Shown here in pieces: positions 1 to 12,870 of a stretch of 64,000 nucleotides of DNA (the stretch's first letter is position 1; every line of letters starts with the position of its first letter). A program made the translations under genes and the position numbers. The DNA lies in NCBI GenBank assembly GCA_030141605.1, contig JAQGDQ010000129.1, positions 132,781 through 196,780 on the forward strand, read 5' to 3'. A model generated the notes under the pieces. That model ran no database searches. It was given only the letters and a program-made list of their open reading frames with translations, and had not been told where the DNA came from. The DNA is from Tubiluchus corallicola (Eukaryota; Animalia; Priapulida).

Positions 1-174
1 TTATTTTATTTTGTTTATCTTGTGTTGTTGTTCTTGCAAAATTGACAACTTACAAGTCTATAATTTATACGATTCTATAACATTTGCGATTTTTTCTGCT
101 GTTAATCTGATTTTGAAGGTGTGGATATAATTTAAAAAATCTTTGGAATATTTCTCTGTACATATATCTATAAT

Positions 175-250
175 AGTTAGTGAATGGCGAGAGTGTGACC
201 TTAGTTAGACAGTACTGGACGTGGATGGTAAACGGATGCATGACTGCCAG
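175..250 (+). mobile_element. Highly decayed copy of tRNA-head/5S-derived SINE-like repeat
   Basis: AGTTAGACAGTACTGGACGTGGATGGTAAACGGATGCATGACTGCCAG aligns with the copy at 48794-48842 and with the 5S rRNA box A-IE-box C region. It is preceded by A-box-like TAGTGAATGG. Confidence 0.4.
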
Positions 251-1925
251 AAAATCGATTTTGGACAGTTTCATACGCATTATTTAATTTTTATTTGAAC
301 GTTTATTTCAGAAGTATAACAGTAACCTGCGCTGTAAGCTGCTGAAGACGCCATCTAATACTGGTATAGGCGTACAGGCAGTACAATGGTATAGTTCATG
401 GCAGTACTACACGTACATCCTCTACCGAGTTTCAAATAATGGTTGTTGTGAAGCACATAAGTCTGCCTGTATATTATTTGTGTTGCTAGAGAAGACATGG
501 TGAAAACATTGCAGTACGCCTACGTTTTTAGTCTACTTATGAAAATGGCTTACACCTGTTCTTAAAATAAAGCATAATTACAACGACAAACATACATGGT
601 TGTTTCCTTAAAACCAGCTGGTTTTTTCTTGGCAGTTTCAGTTGGTTCCGAAATATCTGCTTTGTTCACGTCATTCTGCTTAAGCATGGCTGTCACAACG
701 TTTATCGCAGACATATTGTTCTGTAATTAATAAAATGAAACAAATCGTTATTGATACTGGCAAAATAATTATATTTACTTATGTCCTGGAATGCGGTACT
801 CCGCACACGACTCTGGCGAAAAAACATGCTGACGCACCTAAAGTCGACAATAGCTTTCTTATTCTTCTTCTTTTTGTTCTTTTTGTTACAATTATTATTG
901 TTATCATTGTGCAACACCATCATTATCAGCAGTAGCAGCACCATCATTGGGTTAGTAACGGTCATTTATCAAAATTCTGCGACACTGATTATGAATTTAA
1001 GGAATAGGAGCTTGCGATCAGATCTCACACCGCTCAGCAGTATCTGTGCTTGACGCACAGATATACTTCGCAAGACCTACTGGCGAAATTTATAGTTACA
1101 GATATAATACAAGTACATATAGGAATTAGGTTGCTCAATCAAACTATGCTATGATAATGTACAGCAATTTTAACAAGAGAAAACATGCCACTGATAATAA
1201 GCAAGTAAAACATTGTGTATGAATTCAATTTAAGGATGAACTTGAACTTGTCAGGTAGAACATCTTTAAAGAAACTTACAGTAAACTTAGGAAATGCAGT
1301 TTTGATAGAGTTGCAGTGCTAACTTCGATGAATACTTTGGCCTAATTCGCGCCAGTGGGATACAAAGTTGATGGAAGGCATCTTCGGCGGAAAGTACAAG
1401 AAAGGATGTCTTGAAGCTTGAATGTTGAGGGAAAGCAGTGACGTAACAGACTTTAGCATGTTAATTACACTGTTAATTGAACTCATAAAATTGTCCAATA
1501 CTGTGTTTTACACAATTAGTGTTTATTTTAATTATAATCAATCATATTAATGAAGTTTATCCAAACAACGAGGTTAAACAAAAAGTTACACAGATCTTAC
1601 ACACCTTTGTCTTTTGTATAGTTAACTCTGTACGTAACAGTCCAGGTCTTTTTGCTCATTCCTCTAACTATACCGACATAATAGCCTAAAGACGTGTTAT
1701 ACTTCAATACAAAAGATAGAGAGAGCAACAATAGTCGTGTATTAACTTTTAATAGGTAGTAGCACAAACTAAAACACTTAATAACTTACCACACAAACAT
1801 AGAAACAAGATTTGGCAGTACTTAATAATGCTGCTGTGAGAAATGAAGTTTTACAATATGCAAATAATAAGCTATTAGCCAATAACAAAACTGATAGCAA
1901 ATTAACTTGCAAACTAAAGTATAAA

Positions 1926-2081
1926 TGGCAATCGCAGCGAAGAAAATGGAACTGATATGACAGACTAGATGGAAATATCATATCCTGAATGTGTGAGGCT
2001 GGCAGAGAGGAGAATATGACTGGAGAATCCAGACAGTCCACTTCCAACGGAAATGGCACTTAATGCTAATGATGATAATGA
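1926..2081 (+). mobile_element. 3'-terminal fragment of an RTE-clade LINE
   Basis: Frameshifted translation QRRKW/TDMTD*MEISYPECVRLAERR/DWRIQTV/NGNGT* resembles the RTE ORF C-terminus (..RRKWTDDIKDW..SY.ECVRLA.DR..WR......DGT*). It is followed by a (TGA/TAA)n-like tail, taatgctaatgatgataatga. Confidence 0.65.
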
Positions 2082-3734
2082 GAGTAAGTTTTACTGACCG
2101 GTAATGACGAAAACAATTTTTCGCCCCTAGGTAATGATTCTAGTCTCGGCAGGCTGTCGTTAAGTTGGTTGTTCTGATCTGATCTTCGGATCACCCTGCC
2201 CGTTTTAGACACTTCAGTAACGTTATGATAATAGTTCTTTATAGTCATCTCGGGTAAAATAGCTGTATTAATGAACGTTTGCAAGCGAAATTATTTTTGC
2301 CTCCTAACTCTCCTGAGGTTAAAACTGTAACCAAGGAATGTAGTCATGACAATACGTCATAGTGCGCGGAATCAAACACGTAGTTATAGTGTTAAACAAA
2401 AAGTGACGTAATGCACGTCATACCATGCGCGATGACAGTTACTAAACACTAAATCGGACATTTTTCATAACAATATAATAATACCAGTCTATTAAAATTT
2501 GCAATCACAAAATCAAATTACATTACATTAAAAAAGCAATAGATTACATTAAAATTAATTTATTACATTAAATAAATTTATGGTTCTTGCTCTTGCTTAT
2601 AAAATATTTCTGGCAACAGGCCTATCTTTTGTTTTCATGTATACTCTTAGAACAAATTTCCCGTTTGTAGTATATATCGAAATCATAATCGTGACCAATA
2701 GAGGTTTATTAGAAGCATTTCGTTGTAACAAGTTCTTTTAACAACATTATGATGAAAGGTTTTCACGTATTTCAGTATTAGTTTTGTCGGTTCACATTAA
2801 TTGGACTGATTACGGTAGTGCAAAGTAAAAAAGCTGATAGTCGTTGTGCATTTATGTCCCTCGTTTAATCCTCTCTGTAATCTTGTGGTACATTTTCAAA
2901 ATGGTAAAATGATAAAGTGAATGTCGTAAGAAGGAAACTTATTATGTTACGATTAGTGTCTGGCAGCAGGAGCTATCCACTGGTGTGCAATTTGAGAAAC
3001 TTTCTCATATCACATTTCGATTTGATATGAAAATGAACTGGCAACTGGTAAGGTAAAAGAGACAGGACCTGTGTTAAAGAGAATAAAGAGGATAGTCATG
3101 ACATACCAAAACGGGATGGAGAATGGATAAAAGAAATGTGAATCGTATAGAAAAAATATAGTATATTATTTTAAAACAGATATGAATGTAGTGGCAAACT
3201 ATTGTGTGACTAGCAGGAGCAAACTTTGTATGTAAAAATGCACTTGCATTTTTCTAGCCAGAAATGATGAGGCACATATATGCACAGGAGTTCCTTTATA
3301 TCAGCATGAGTTTTATTAGCAAAACGAAGTGACAAGAATGCCGAAAAATAATCCTCCATGATTTTGTATTATATTTCATTGACCATGACGTTTTTGGGAT
3401 TCTCAGATCTCTTCCTTGGACATTACAACTGCAAGATAATTAAAATGAAATAATAATTGCTATGCAGTTGTATTAGACTGTAATTGCTTTGATGTTTATA
3501 TATAATGCTAATTTTACAATTTAAATATTGCGACATTTCAATAAATTGAATGTATAGTTGTTTTTATTTGAATGTTTCGTGTAAATACAGCATTTACATT
3601 TATCAGCTTCCGAATTAACTTTTCTGAATGGCTCGCCTTTCAAACTAACATATAGCGTGCTATTCACTAGTAAATACATTGACAATTTCACTCGGCGTAG
3701 CAATAAAAATCCCAACTAGTCCCGGCGTAGCAAC

Positions 3735-4764
3735 CCAACTAATCCGAGCAATTATCGACCAATTTCACTTTTACCAATATTTTCTAAAATTTTAGAACGT
3801 TGTGTCCATAATCAATTAACAAGTTATATCACAAAACATAATATACTAATTAAAGAAAAGTTTGGTTTTCCTTCTAAAAGTTCTACCCAGTTAGCTTTAA
3901 TTAAAGTCACAGAAGAAATTGTTAAGATAATTGAAAAAAAAAACATGCTAGCTGGTATCTTCTGTGATTTATCAAAAGCTTTTGATAAAGGTAGATCACA
4001 GTTTTGTGGAATACAAGGACTTGCTCTTCAATGGTTTCATAGTTATCTCACAAACAGGTCTCAAGCTGTTGTAACAATACAATAATATAAATTCTGATAG
4101 TCGAGATATGCTGTATGCCGTTCCACAGGGATCCGTTTTAGGGTCGCTGTTATTTCTGTTATACATAAATGACATTAATAATATCACCAAGGCAAAATTT
4201 ATTTTGTTTTGCAGATGACACGAGTTTATTTCTGAAAATAAACAATCTAAATAGCGTACAAGAAATTAAAAATGCATTACTCACTATCTCTAATTGATTT
4301 CGCAATAACAAACTATCTTTAATTATCAGTAAAACTAAGCGCATAATTTTTAGACCGACAAATATTCCACAAAATCTAAATTTCATGATTGGTAATGTCA
4401 ACATCGAAATAGTAAAAAAATAAAATTCTTGGGGATAATTTTACAAGAACATCTAGACTGGACTTCTCATATTAAATATATTGGTAAAAAATATCAAAAC
4501 GTCTAGGAATCATTACTTATATCCGAGAGTATCTTTCAAAATCACACAAAATTAATTTATATAATAGCTTAATTCTTTCTTATCTTAATTACTGTTCCAT
4601 TCTTTGGGGAAAAACATATGTTTCAAAATTATCTAATCTAAAGGTAGCCCAAAGAAAATTTTTGCATATTCTTTATAAACAAAATAGAAGGGCACATATG
4701 GGTAACACCAATTTTAAAGAATGTAAAATATTATTAGTTGATGATTTAGTTAATTATAACCTAC

Positions 4765-4808
<44 letters not shown>

Positions 4809-5061
4809 GTGTATGTATAAAACAGTTAAAAACTACATCCAATCTTTTTTAATAATCCAGTTCAATTAAATGTTAATTCTCATAGCACTAGGACAAATGA
4901 ATGTGCAGTACTGCAGAACAAACACAGCCAGACATCATTTAACATTCACAGGGCCCCTACTATGGAATAAACTTTGCACAGAAATAAAAAGTGCTAAATC
5001 AGAACCTATAACCAAACGTAAATTTGGGAAATCAATTCTTAAGTCGTATGGGCCTAATTAG
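3735..5061 (+). mobile_element. 5'-truncated, decayed CR1/L2-group LINE reverse transcriptase (pseudogenised)
   Basis: Manual translation gives NYRPISLLPIFSKILERCVHNQL..FGF..ST..AL, GIFCDLSKAFD, WFHSYLTNRSQ, VPQGSVLGSLLFLLYINDI, FADDTSLF, KFLGIILQEHLDWTSHI, LYNSLILSYLNYCSILWG and FTGPLLWNKL. It carries stops, frameshifts, a short deletion after VDH and an internal (TA)n. Confidence 0.93.
4766..4806. repeat. (TA)n microsatellite inside the LINE
   Basis: Perfect TA run of about 20 units. Confidence 0.97.
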
Positions 5062-5189
5062 TCAATTTCTGTAATTGAAAATAACACATCATTATTATAG
5101 TTCAATATTTTTTATTGTTCAATATTTTAACACAATTTTTTTCGTAACACTGCAAAAATGGCTAATGTGGTTTATATCATCGAACCTGG

Positions 5190-5292
5190 CGCATTATCAC
5201 CATTAGCATCAATTCATTATCATTGTCATCAGCATTAATATCACCATCGTTGTTATCATTATCATCATCATCATTGACATCGTCATTATCGT
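5190..5292. repeat. Degenerate (ATC)n trinucleotide repeat
   Basis: ATC/ATT/GTC/ACC units in phase. Confidence 0.85.
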
Positions 5293-6010
5293 TTTCTCGC
5301 ATCTGTTTACTTCGTTCCATTTAACGTATTTTTTGTTGTTGTTTATGTCATTAATTTAGCCTATCAAACTTGAACGTAGAAGTTAATTTCTTCTGCTGCG
5401 CTCATTGCACTGTAATGCATTGTTAATTTATAATTTTATAACTTTTATTTTTGTACAGTATTGTGCTAAATCTAAATCTTTTTCTAGACTCATGAGTGAA
5501 AAATTTTGCCTGAAATGGTTTGGATTAGTATTAATGGCTTTTTTGTATTTTAATGATGCCTATATTTTTTAAATGAAATTACTGTGATATTGCGTTCTTA
5601 TGCCTATTGAAATTTAGTTTCTCACCATGTTTGACAGTTTATGCTTTACAAGTTCGCGTGATGTTTATTTGTTTTTCGTTTGTCCTAAGTTTATCTTCTG
5701 TTTAACAGAATAAATTAAAAAAATAAGCTTGCAACAAAATCAAGATTTTTATGATCTAATACATCATCTAAGGCCAATTAAAGTGATGAAAAATATTTTC
5801 GTAAACCAAAGGATTTTAACTTTATTCTTACACGGATTGTCAATTAAATTTTTACTTTTTTAATGTTACCATATCCTCTGATTCACAAGTATAAATTAGT
5901 TGTGCACGTTTCATGCTTTTATTGGCCGTGAGATGGCGAAACGTAGTTAAGCTGCAACAGGAAAGTGAGGCAACAGGCTCAAAATCTTGGACTCAGCGAC
6001 AAACGCGGCG

Positions 6011-6112
6011 TCATCACCATCGTCATCAGCGTGATCGTCGTCATCGTCATCATCGTCATTATTGTCTTCATCATCGTCGACATCAGCGTCATCGTCATCA
6101 TTGCCATCACCA
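6011..6112. repeat. Degenerate (ATC/GTC)n trinucleotide repeat
   Basis: In-phase ATC/GTC/ACC/ATT units. This repeat is the source of the His/Arg-rich and Ile/Val-rich ORFs at 5913-6210. Confidence 0.9.
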
Positions 6113-6544
6113 AATTTTTACCAGTTTTTCTCTGCTCTTTGATGGACAACGACATGTTGTCCGCTTCATTGATGTACGTATTAATAAAAAACACTAACGT
6201 ACAGATCTAATGTTAAAATTTTACAGTTTTACGGTCATGATTACCAGTTATCAATTAATAAATCTAATAACATTAAATCCTTAACCAAAACGAAAAAAAT
6301 GTCGAAAAAATCGAAACTAGGGTTCACAAGCTATTCAGATTAAATTAAAATCTTTCTTCAGTTTTTGATCGAAAGAGCCTGCGTGATTGCATAATGATCA
6401 ATCATCTGAATCCCTTTGTCTCAAATCCAGACAAAAACGTGAGTATTTCGAATTTTCCTTTCGCAAGGCAAATTTGGTTCCAAAAATTTAAGAATCATAT
6501 AGGTTTAATTGCGCAATAATTATATGGTGTGCAGACACTTCGGC

Positions 6545-6830
6545 ACTGACATTTGGACACGTTTTGGCCACATTGGGTACTAACTGGACGTATTGGACGC
6601 ATAAGTAATCGAACGCACAAGCAGTTTGGACACAAAACACTTGATCACATAGGTCATTTTGAAGCATGGTATTTTGGACATCAACATTATTTGGACACAA
6701 GGTACTTTGGACATATAGGTAATTTAGGCACTTCGGTAATTTGAACTCGAGATAATTTGACATAGGAATTTGGACACCTAGATCAGTTGGACACAATGTA
6801 TTTTTGTCACATGAGCCGGACACATAACCC
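6545..6830 (+). repeat. Degenerate ~15-17 bp minisatellite (core TTTGGACAC), possible left arm of a foldback-like element
   Basis: Recurrent tttggacac, ttggacgc, tttggacat and ttggacac cores at about 16-bp spacing. Confidence 0.75.
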
Positions 6831-7889
6831 ATTTGGATTTTACGGGATGATGATGATTATGATTATGATGATGAACAAGATCAGGACTGAGAGTAGAAGG
6901 AAGAGGAAGCGGATGACAATTACAGTTATAATAATAAGGAAGAGGAGATAATGAAGTTAGTGATCTTATTAACAACAAGGAAAAGGTTATGATAAAGATG
7001 ATGTTACTTTTACCTATTCACGTGTTTATTTTTTCTTCCAATTCTAATTTGAGAGAATTTTAGTCTTCAATGAAAAACTTTTCTTTCCGATGTTCGTCGC
7101 TTTATGTTAACTAATATCTAAATACTATAAACACCTTAATCTATAATACATTATTATCACAATTGGCCGTTTCTCAGTGTGAAAAAGGTACGGCATTACT
7201 GTAACTGCCGTAGTTACTGTCATCACGTGCGGATATCCGCGTACCATGAAAATGCCCTAATAGTTACTGTTCAGATAGATGAGTTCAAGTTAACGAGAAA
7301 AAAATGTTATCCAAACCAATGTTCAAACCTTTCATAAATCAATTTAATACATTTAATTGTTAAAAATTTTGTTTTAGTTTGCAGGTATTACATTTTGGAC
7401 AATGATGAGAGCTTTGTAATAGAAATCAAATTAAATTAGTTATTATTTCATTGCTAATATGCGCACTTGCGACTTCCTTTATAATATAATTAAAGTCAGA
7501 TTCTCTTATCATCAGTTTATTCAAACCATTGTTTAGCCTACGGTTTTTTGAAACATTTGATCATTTGGATTTCGCCCAAAAACAAATACTTTTCTGCGCA
7601 CGAGCACCGACGTTCCCGCCCTCCAAAATCTTTATGGTGGAAAATCAAAAGTCGGACTCGTTACGCCCTTGATATACACGCGTAGATCTTAGCAATGCAC
7701 GACGCATCCAATTTTTCGAAGAATGGTAGAGAAGTTTGGCTTTAAAACCTTCAAAAGTACCCTCTAAAGAGAAAAAGTCGAGAAAAACAACCCCTTACTG
7801 TGCCGATAGATCCCATTGAACACGATTACCAAATCTGATTGTGATCTGATCGCTAATTACGAAGCCTTAGAACTTTTTATAAAGTGTGT

Positions 7890-7945
7890 ACAACAACAAC
7901 GATAGCGACAACGATAACGATAATGATGACAACAACAACAACAAC

Positions 7946-7999
<54 letters not shown>

Positions 8000-8010
8000 G
8001 TAACAACAAC
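7890..8010. repeat. (AAC)n microsatellite with degenerate flanks
   Basis: AAC run with GAT/AGC/GAC/AAT variants at the 5' side. Confidence 0.95.
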
Positions 8011-8119
8011 GCGATGACTAAATACTTGTCACCATACTCACGGTCGGTGCAAAAAGATCGTTATATTAACATGCGCCTGTCCCTAACAATGTACAACTAA
8101 ATAACTTATGTTGCTAAAT

Positions 8120-8325
8120 GGTGACATGTCCCAATCCATGCCAAATGGAACTTTGTCTAAACAGCGTGTCCAAACTAACTGGCGTCGAAATGACCTTTGA
8201 GTCCAAACTGCCTTGTGTCTAAATAACTGTGTGGCCATGCTAACTTTGTCCAAACAACCTACTAATCCAAAAGTATCTGTGTTCAAATAACTTATGCGTC
8301 AAAAATGTTTGTGTCGAAATAGCCT
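8120..8325 (-). repeat. Inverted copy of the TTTGGACAC minisatellite (core GTGTCCAAA), possible right arm
   Basis: Reverse complement contains gacgcataagttatttgaacac and ttatttagacacaaggcagtttggactcaaaggtcattt, matching 6597-6620 and 6687-6726. Confidence 0.72.
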
Positions 8326-8555
8326 ATTATGCGCTAGCACCGCAAACTATCACGTAACATAAGAAATAACAAGAAAATTTAAACAGGAACACGGAATTAT
8401 AGCTAAATAATAAACAACTCCATGCTAGGGATTCAAAGTACAAAGCTAAGGTGAAGAGAAACAGGTTTATCTTTAATTGATACGCTATGCAGACTAATTG
8501 ATCTATATTTAGGCAAAGTCCTACATTCCGCTGTGTGTTCTGTACCAAGGTGTAC

Positions 8556-8980
<425 letters not shown>

Positions 8981-10024
8981 TGTCACGTGGAAGTGTTAGT
9001 TACGAAAGGCGCACATCTGTGAAAGTTGCTATTGTATAACACCTGAGGCATGCGCAAAAAACTTCTTACTTCTCGCTAACATCCTTTTGTTGAGGTCCTA
9101 TTGTGTGCTGATTACTACTGGAAGTAAATACTTATTACAGATGGTAACTACATTCAAATAGTAACAGTCAGTAATATGCAACATAAATCATTAATCCTCA
9201 TTCACAGCATAGCTTGTGTCTAAAACACCTGTGTCCAACGCCCCTGCAACCTAATTACATTCTTGCATTCATGTTATCTTTCTTTTGCCTCATTGTTTCA
9301 GCTTCAATGATATATTAATGCATTGCATATTAGAGTGAGAAACAGACGGTATATAAGAAATCTATAAAGTTTTGCGATCTGCATTTTCTATTATTTCACC
9401 AGTTATACCAGTTTCAGATTATAACCACTGTAATGGTTTCCAGCATCACTGTAAGATTCAGTATTTATCAATGTCAGCCGCTCCAGTTTAACGTTTATTT
9501 TCATACAGCGCTATTACTATTATAATTAGTTTTAGCTTAACACTAAGCACATTTCTTGAGTGCTTCGGGTTTATACAACTCTTTCCGTTGAGAACTAACA
9601 TCATCCGCCATGAATTCTTGTATTTACACGTTTTCTATGCTAGGTTTAATTCCCCTTGTTGATGAACCGCCTAGGAGAGCAAGTTTTTCTCCTCGCGTGT
9701 TTGATGTCCAGTTTTGCGCATCCGCTCGGGCAGATTTTCTTCTTTAGCTAGGGCAGGCCACGTAATTCAGGGGCGACGTCCTCAGTTTGCTTTCAGTAAT
9801 CTCCTTGGCAAGTCTATATTGCTGATAAAACGATTATAGGTCATGTCTGCAAGAATATAAATAAGCGAAAGGAGTTAGAAAAGGTGAAACAATGACGACA
9901 ATTCATGCATCTGTTATGAAAACGCTGTCCAGGGTTAAAACGGAAGACATTAAAACAGTGAAAAGAAACAAAAAAGAGGGAATGGAGAGAGAAAGAGGAA
10001 GGAAGAAAGAGATGAGGAATGAAT

Positions 10025-10067
<43 letters not shown>
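10025..10067. repeat. (AG)n microsatellite
   Basis: AG run within a purine-rich tract. Confidence 0.95.
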
Positions 10068-10070
<3 letters not shown>

Positions 10071-10840
10071 GGGGGAGAACTTTTCATGCTTTTTAATCTG
10101 CATTAAAACAATTACATATTTTATAAGCTGTGTATTAATAATTCTGCAATATTGTCTTAGAAAAGACAACACTGCAGTCACTTCACTAGTTTAATTAATA
10201 AATACAGGACAGATTGACAAGTGCACTACTGCACGACTAATTTTTCAAGTTCCAAAGCTGTCGCGCAGCTTTTCTAAAGCAGGATCTAGATGAGACTTGA
10301 CTAGACTTCGAGATGCCGTCATCTCTTCCTACACATCAAAACAAAATCGTAATCTGCTGAGTAGAGGGGGGCGTTTCTGGACCCAGGTAGTAAAGAATCA
10401 ACCATGAAGCACAGAGCGCACACAACCTTGAGATTATAAATGACCAAGCCCAGTAAACCAGATTGTTCAGTGGTTTTCGATTAGAATTCTGTTTTAGGCC
10501 AAGTGTTTGCAGCCGTCCACATAGGCATGATTGTAAACCCAGTGTTGGAAAGCTTCCTGTCTGAAAGTTACTTGTTTACAAATCTATTTGATTTTAAAAG
10601 ATTTTTAGCATGAAAGTTTATTAGTATATATGTGGCAAAGTGTAAAATAAACATAATTTGTATTGAATCACACAATTCCTAGATATTTTATACATTACCT
10701 AGGCATGGTATGAAATTGTATGAAATACACAAAACGACTTAGTCTGTGTACCAAATTAAGCAAGCAGTCCAAGTAAACCAGCGAGTTAATTGTTTTATAG
10801 GCAATGAACGCAACGTCACATTTCTGACATGCTGTTCTAT

Positions 10841-11388
10841 CAGGTGAACTATCTTCGATACCTAGGAAGCATGCTTTCCAACAAATACACTTCCCAAAAA
10901 AGGTTGGAGCATAGAATATGAACAGCTAATTTGGCGTTTTGGAAACTTACGAAACGAGTCTTTGAGAGCAAAGATCTAAACCTAGCTCATGATTTACCAA
11001 GATGTCATCTTCTTAGTCTTGCTCTATGCGGTTGTAAATCTCGATTTATCGTGACCAGAAGGCCAGGCTTCCTCGTGAAAATCTCTTCACTGAATTCACA
11101 ACTGTCAAAAGATCACACTCAGATAAACAAGAAATAAAATAAAATCGAAAACCAAGCCTAGGAGCTTTCCCACAAACATCGGTTAATCTACAACTACAAA
11201 GCTGCAACGGAGCCCGGTATTTCGAAGCCGAAAAAGGGGGAGAAGAAAAGTGGCAACGCGCCAAGATCAAGATTCGACAAACTCAACTGCCTACGAAAAA
11301 GTCTCGAATACTCGTAAGAGTCAAAGCATGTTTCATGCTAGAATGGGTTTCCTGAATATTCAACGTCACCACGAAAGAAGAGGAATGA
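10841..11388 (+). mobile_element. Decayed 3' part of an RTE/BovB-like LINE with internal deletion
   Basis: Frameshifted translation reads VNYLRYLGSMLSNK..LEHRI*TANLAFWKLTKRVFESKDL / LMIYQDVIFLVLLY-GCKS / RLPRENLFTEFTTVKRS / CNGARYFEAEK..EEKWQR / SMFHARMGFLNIQRHH. This follows the RTE order F.YLGS, AF..L..RV, LLYG.E.W, RLP...L..EL..G.R, and a C-terminal C2H2-like F.AR.GL..H.R.H. Confidence 0.85.
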
Positions 11389-11620
11389 CACTGAAAGTTA
11401 AATTCTTAGATACGAGAAAAGGCCAGCAAATATATTTGCCACACAAATTTGCAAGCACGTTGAACATTCAGCCGTTCCCCAAAGAAATACTGTCATATTT
11501 TGAGTAATATTTTATAAAGACATAAAATACCATGTAGGAACAAGTTATTTAACGTTCTACAAATTGCCTAGGAAAAGAATATCAATTACCTAAGAATTAT
11601 GGTGCTTTGCTTAGTTATGG

Positions 11621-12870
11621 TACAATGCCTAACAAAAGTGTAGAAAAACTATTTTAGACATTTTGCCTAGTTTGTTTGGGCGCTTAGGCATTTTATAGAA
11701 TACCCGATTTCACACTTACCTCTGTAACACACATAATGTCAAATAATACAAAAGTCAATTTACGCAAAACCATTCTTGGACTTTGAATACACTTTTTCAG
11801 GACATTTATGGAAGTTTTAGGTAGTGTAGAAATACAACAAATGGTCAATTGTTTTGACATACGTTTCCTAGACATTCCTTGATATACATTTCCATGCGAA
11901 ACCGGGTGGAGCTGATAAGTATGGTTCATGGGAATTTACAGAAAATTCGTCAGATAAACGTGCAGAAAGAGCAAAAATTTGATTATAAACTGCCAGGTTA
12001 CTCTTCTTGCATCCTCCGTACCAGTGGAACACGTACTGAGATAGTAAAAAGCACCTACCAGACCACCGGAACCATTACATCCCAGCGCATTTATAGACGT
12101 CAGTATGAAATGGCTTCGTAATGGACAGAACCATTACAGTGCAGGTGTAAGATGAAAACAAATGGCATTTCGCCGTCGTTACAATCTTTTGAGGAACGTG
12201 TGAAAAAAGCCATCTTTGAAGGTACTTGGAAATTTGAATTGCAATTACATTCGTTCATTCCTTCGTTGGCCCTATTCTTGTATCCGAGAATTCGAGTTCG
12301 GCATAGTTACGTACCAAAACGCCATGTGTCCAAATGTCTGTGTCAAAATATCCGCACAGCCGTTCGTCTTCTGTGCGGGTTTTCGTTGATGGCTCATGAA
12401 ATCAATTCTTGCACGAAACATTCGAGAGTTGGTGGGGCACAGCAAAGTTTGTCGAATTTTGATCTTGCCTTTTGTCACTTTTCTTCTTCTTTCCTTTGGT
12501 TTCGTAATACTGCGTTCAGTTGGGTATGATCTTATGCCAGTTGGAATGCTGCTGACTTGGTTTCGAATGTTTTAACTACGATTCCTATTCATTTCAGAAT
12601 CAATTCCAATTGATAGTTGTAGCGACAAAGAGGATATCCTCGTGGTTTTCCATACGTGAAAGAGTATGTGTATGAAAGTGTGATAGCGTCACAGCAAAAA
12701 ACATTTATTTCGTACATTTCTCGAAATGCATAGCTAGTAATTTGATGAAATGTCAACGTATATAATGCCTAGGAAAAGTGAAAAAAAATTATTTTAGACG
12801 CTTTGCGTGACGTGTTAATGCACTCAAAAAATGCAAAAACATTCTATAGAACGCCCAGTTTCATGCGTTA
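11621..12870 (+). repeat. Pair of diverged ~100-bp direct repeats (11621-11720 and 12761-12870), probably decayed DNA-transposon sequence
   Basis: tacaatgcctaacaaaagtgtagaaaaactattttagaca..cattttatagaatacccgatttcacac versus tataatgcctaggaaaagtgaaaaaaaattattttagacg..cattctatagaacgcccagtttcatgc. The atgcctagg motif also occurs inverted at ~10695-10710 and ~11865-11880. Confidence 0.7.

Noticed and set aside
3020-3100. YENELATGK, resembling the RTE motif LYGELATGK; similarly VERSLNWIP..PRGGP..DTIMR at 47225-47345
   Set aside because: Too short, and the flanking motifs do not continue convincingly. Possible very old LINE debris, but unsupported without blastx.
6545-6830. CRISPR-like repeat/spacer appearance
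   Set aside because: The period is about 16 bp with a degenerate 9-bp core, there are no cas genes, and the context is eukaryotic.
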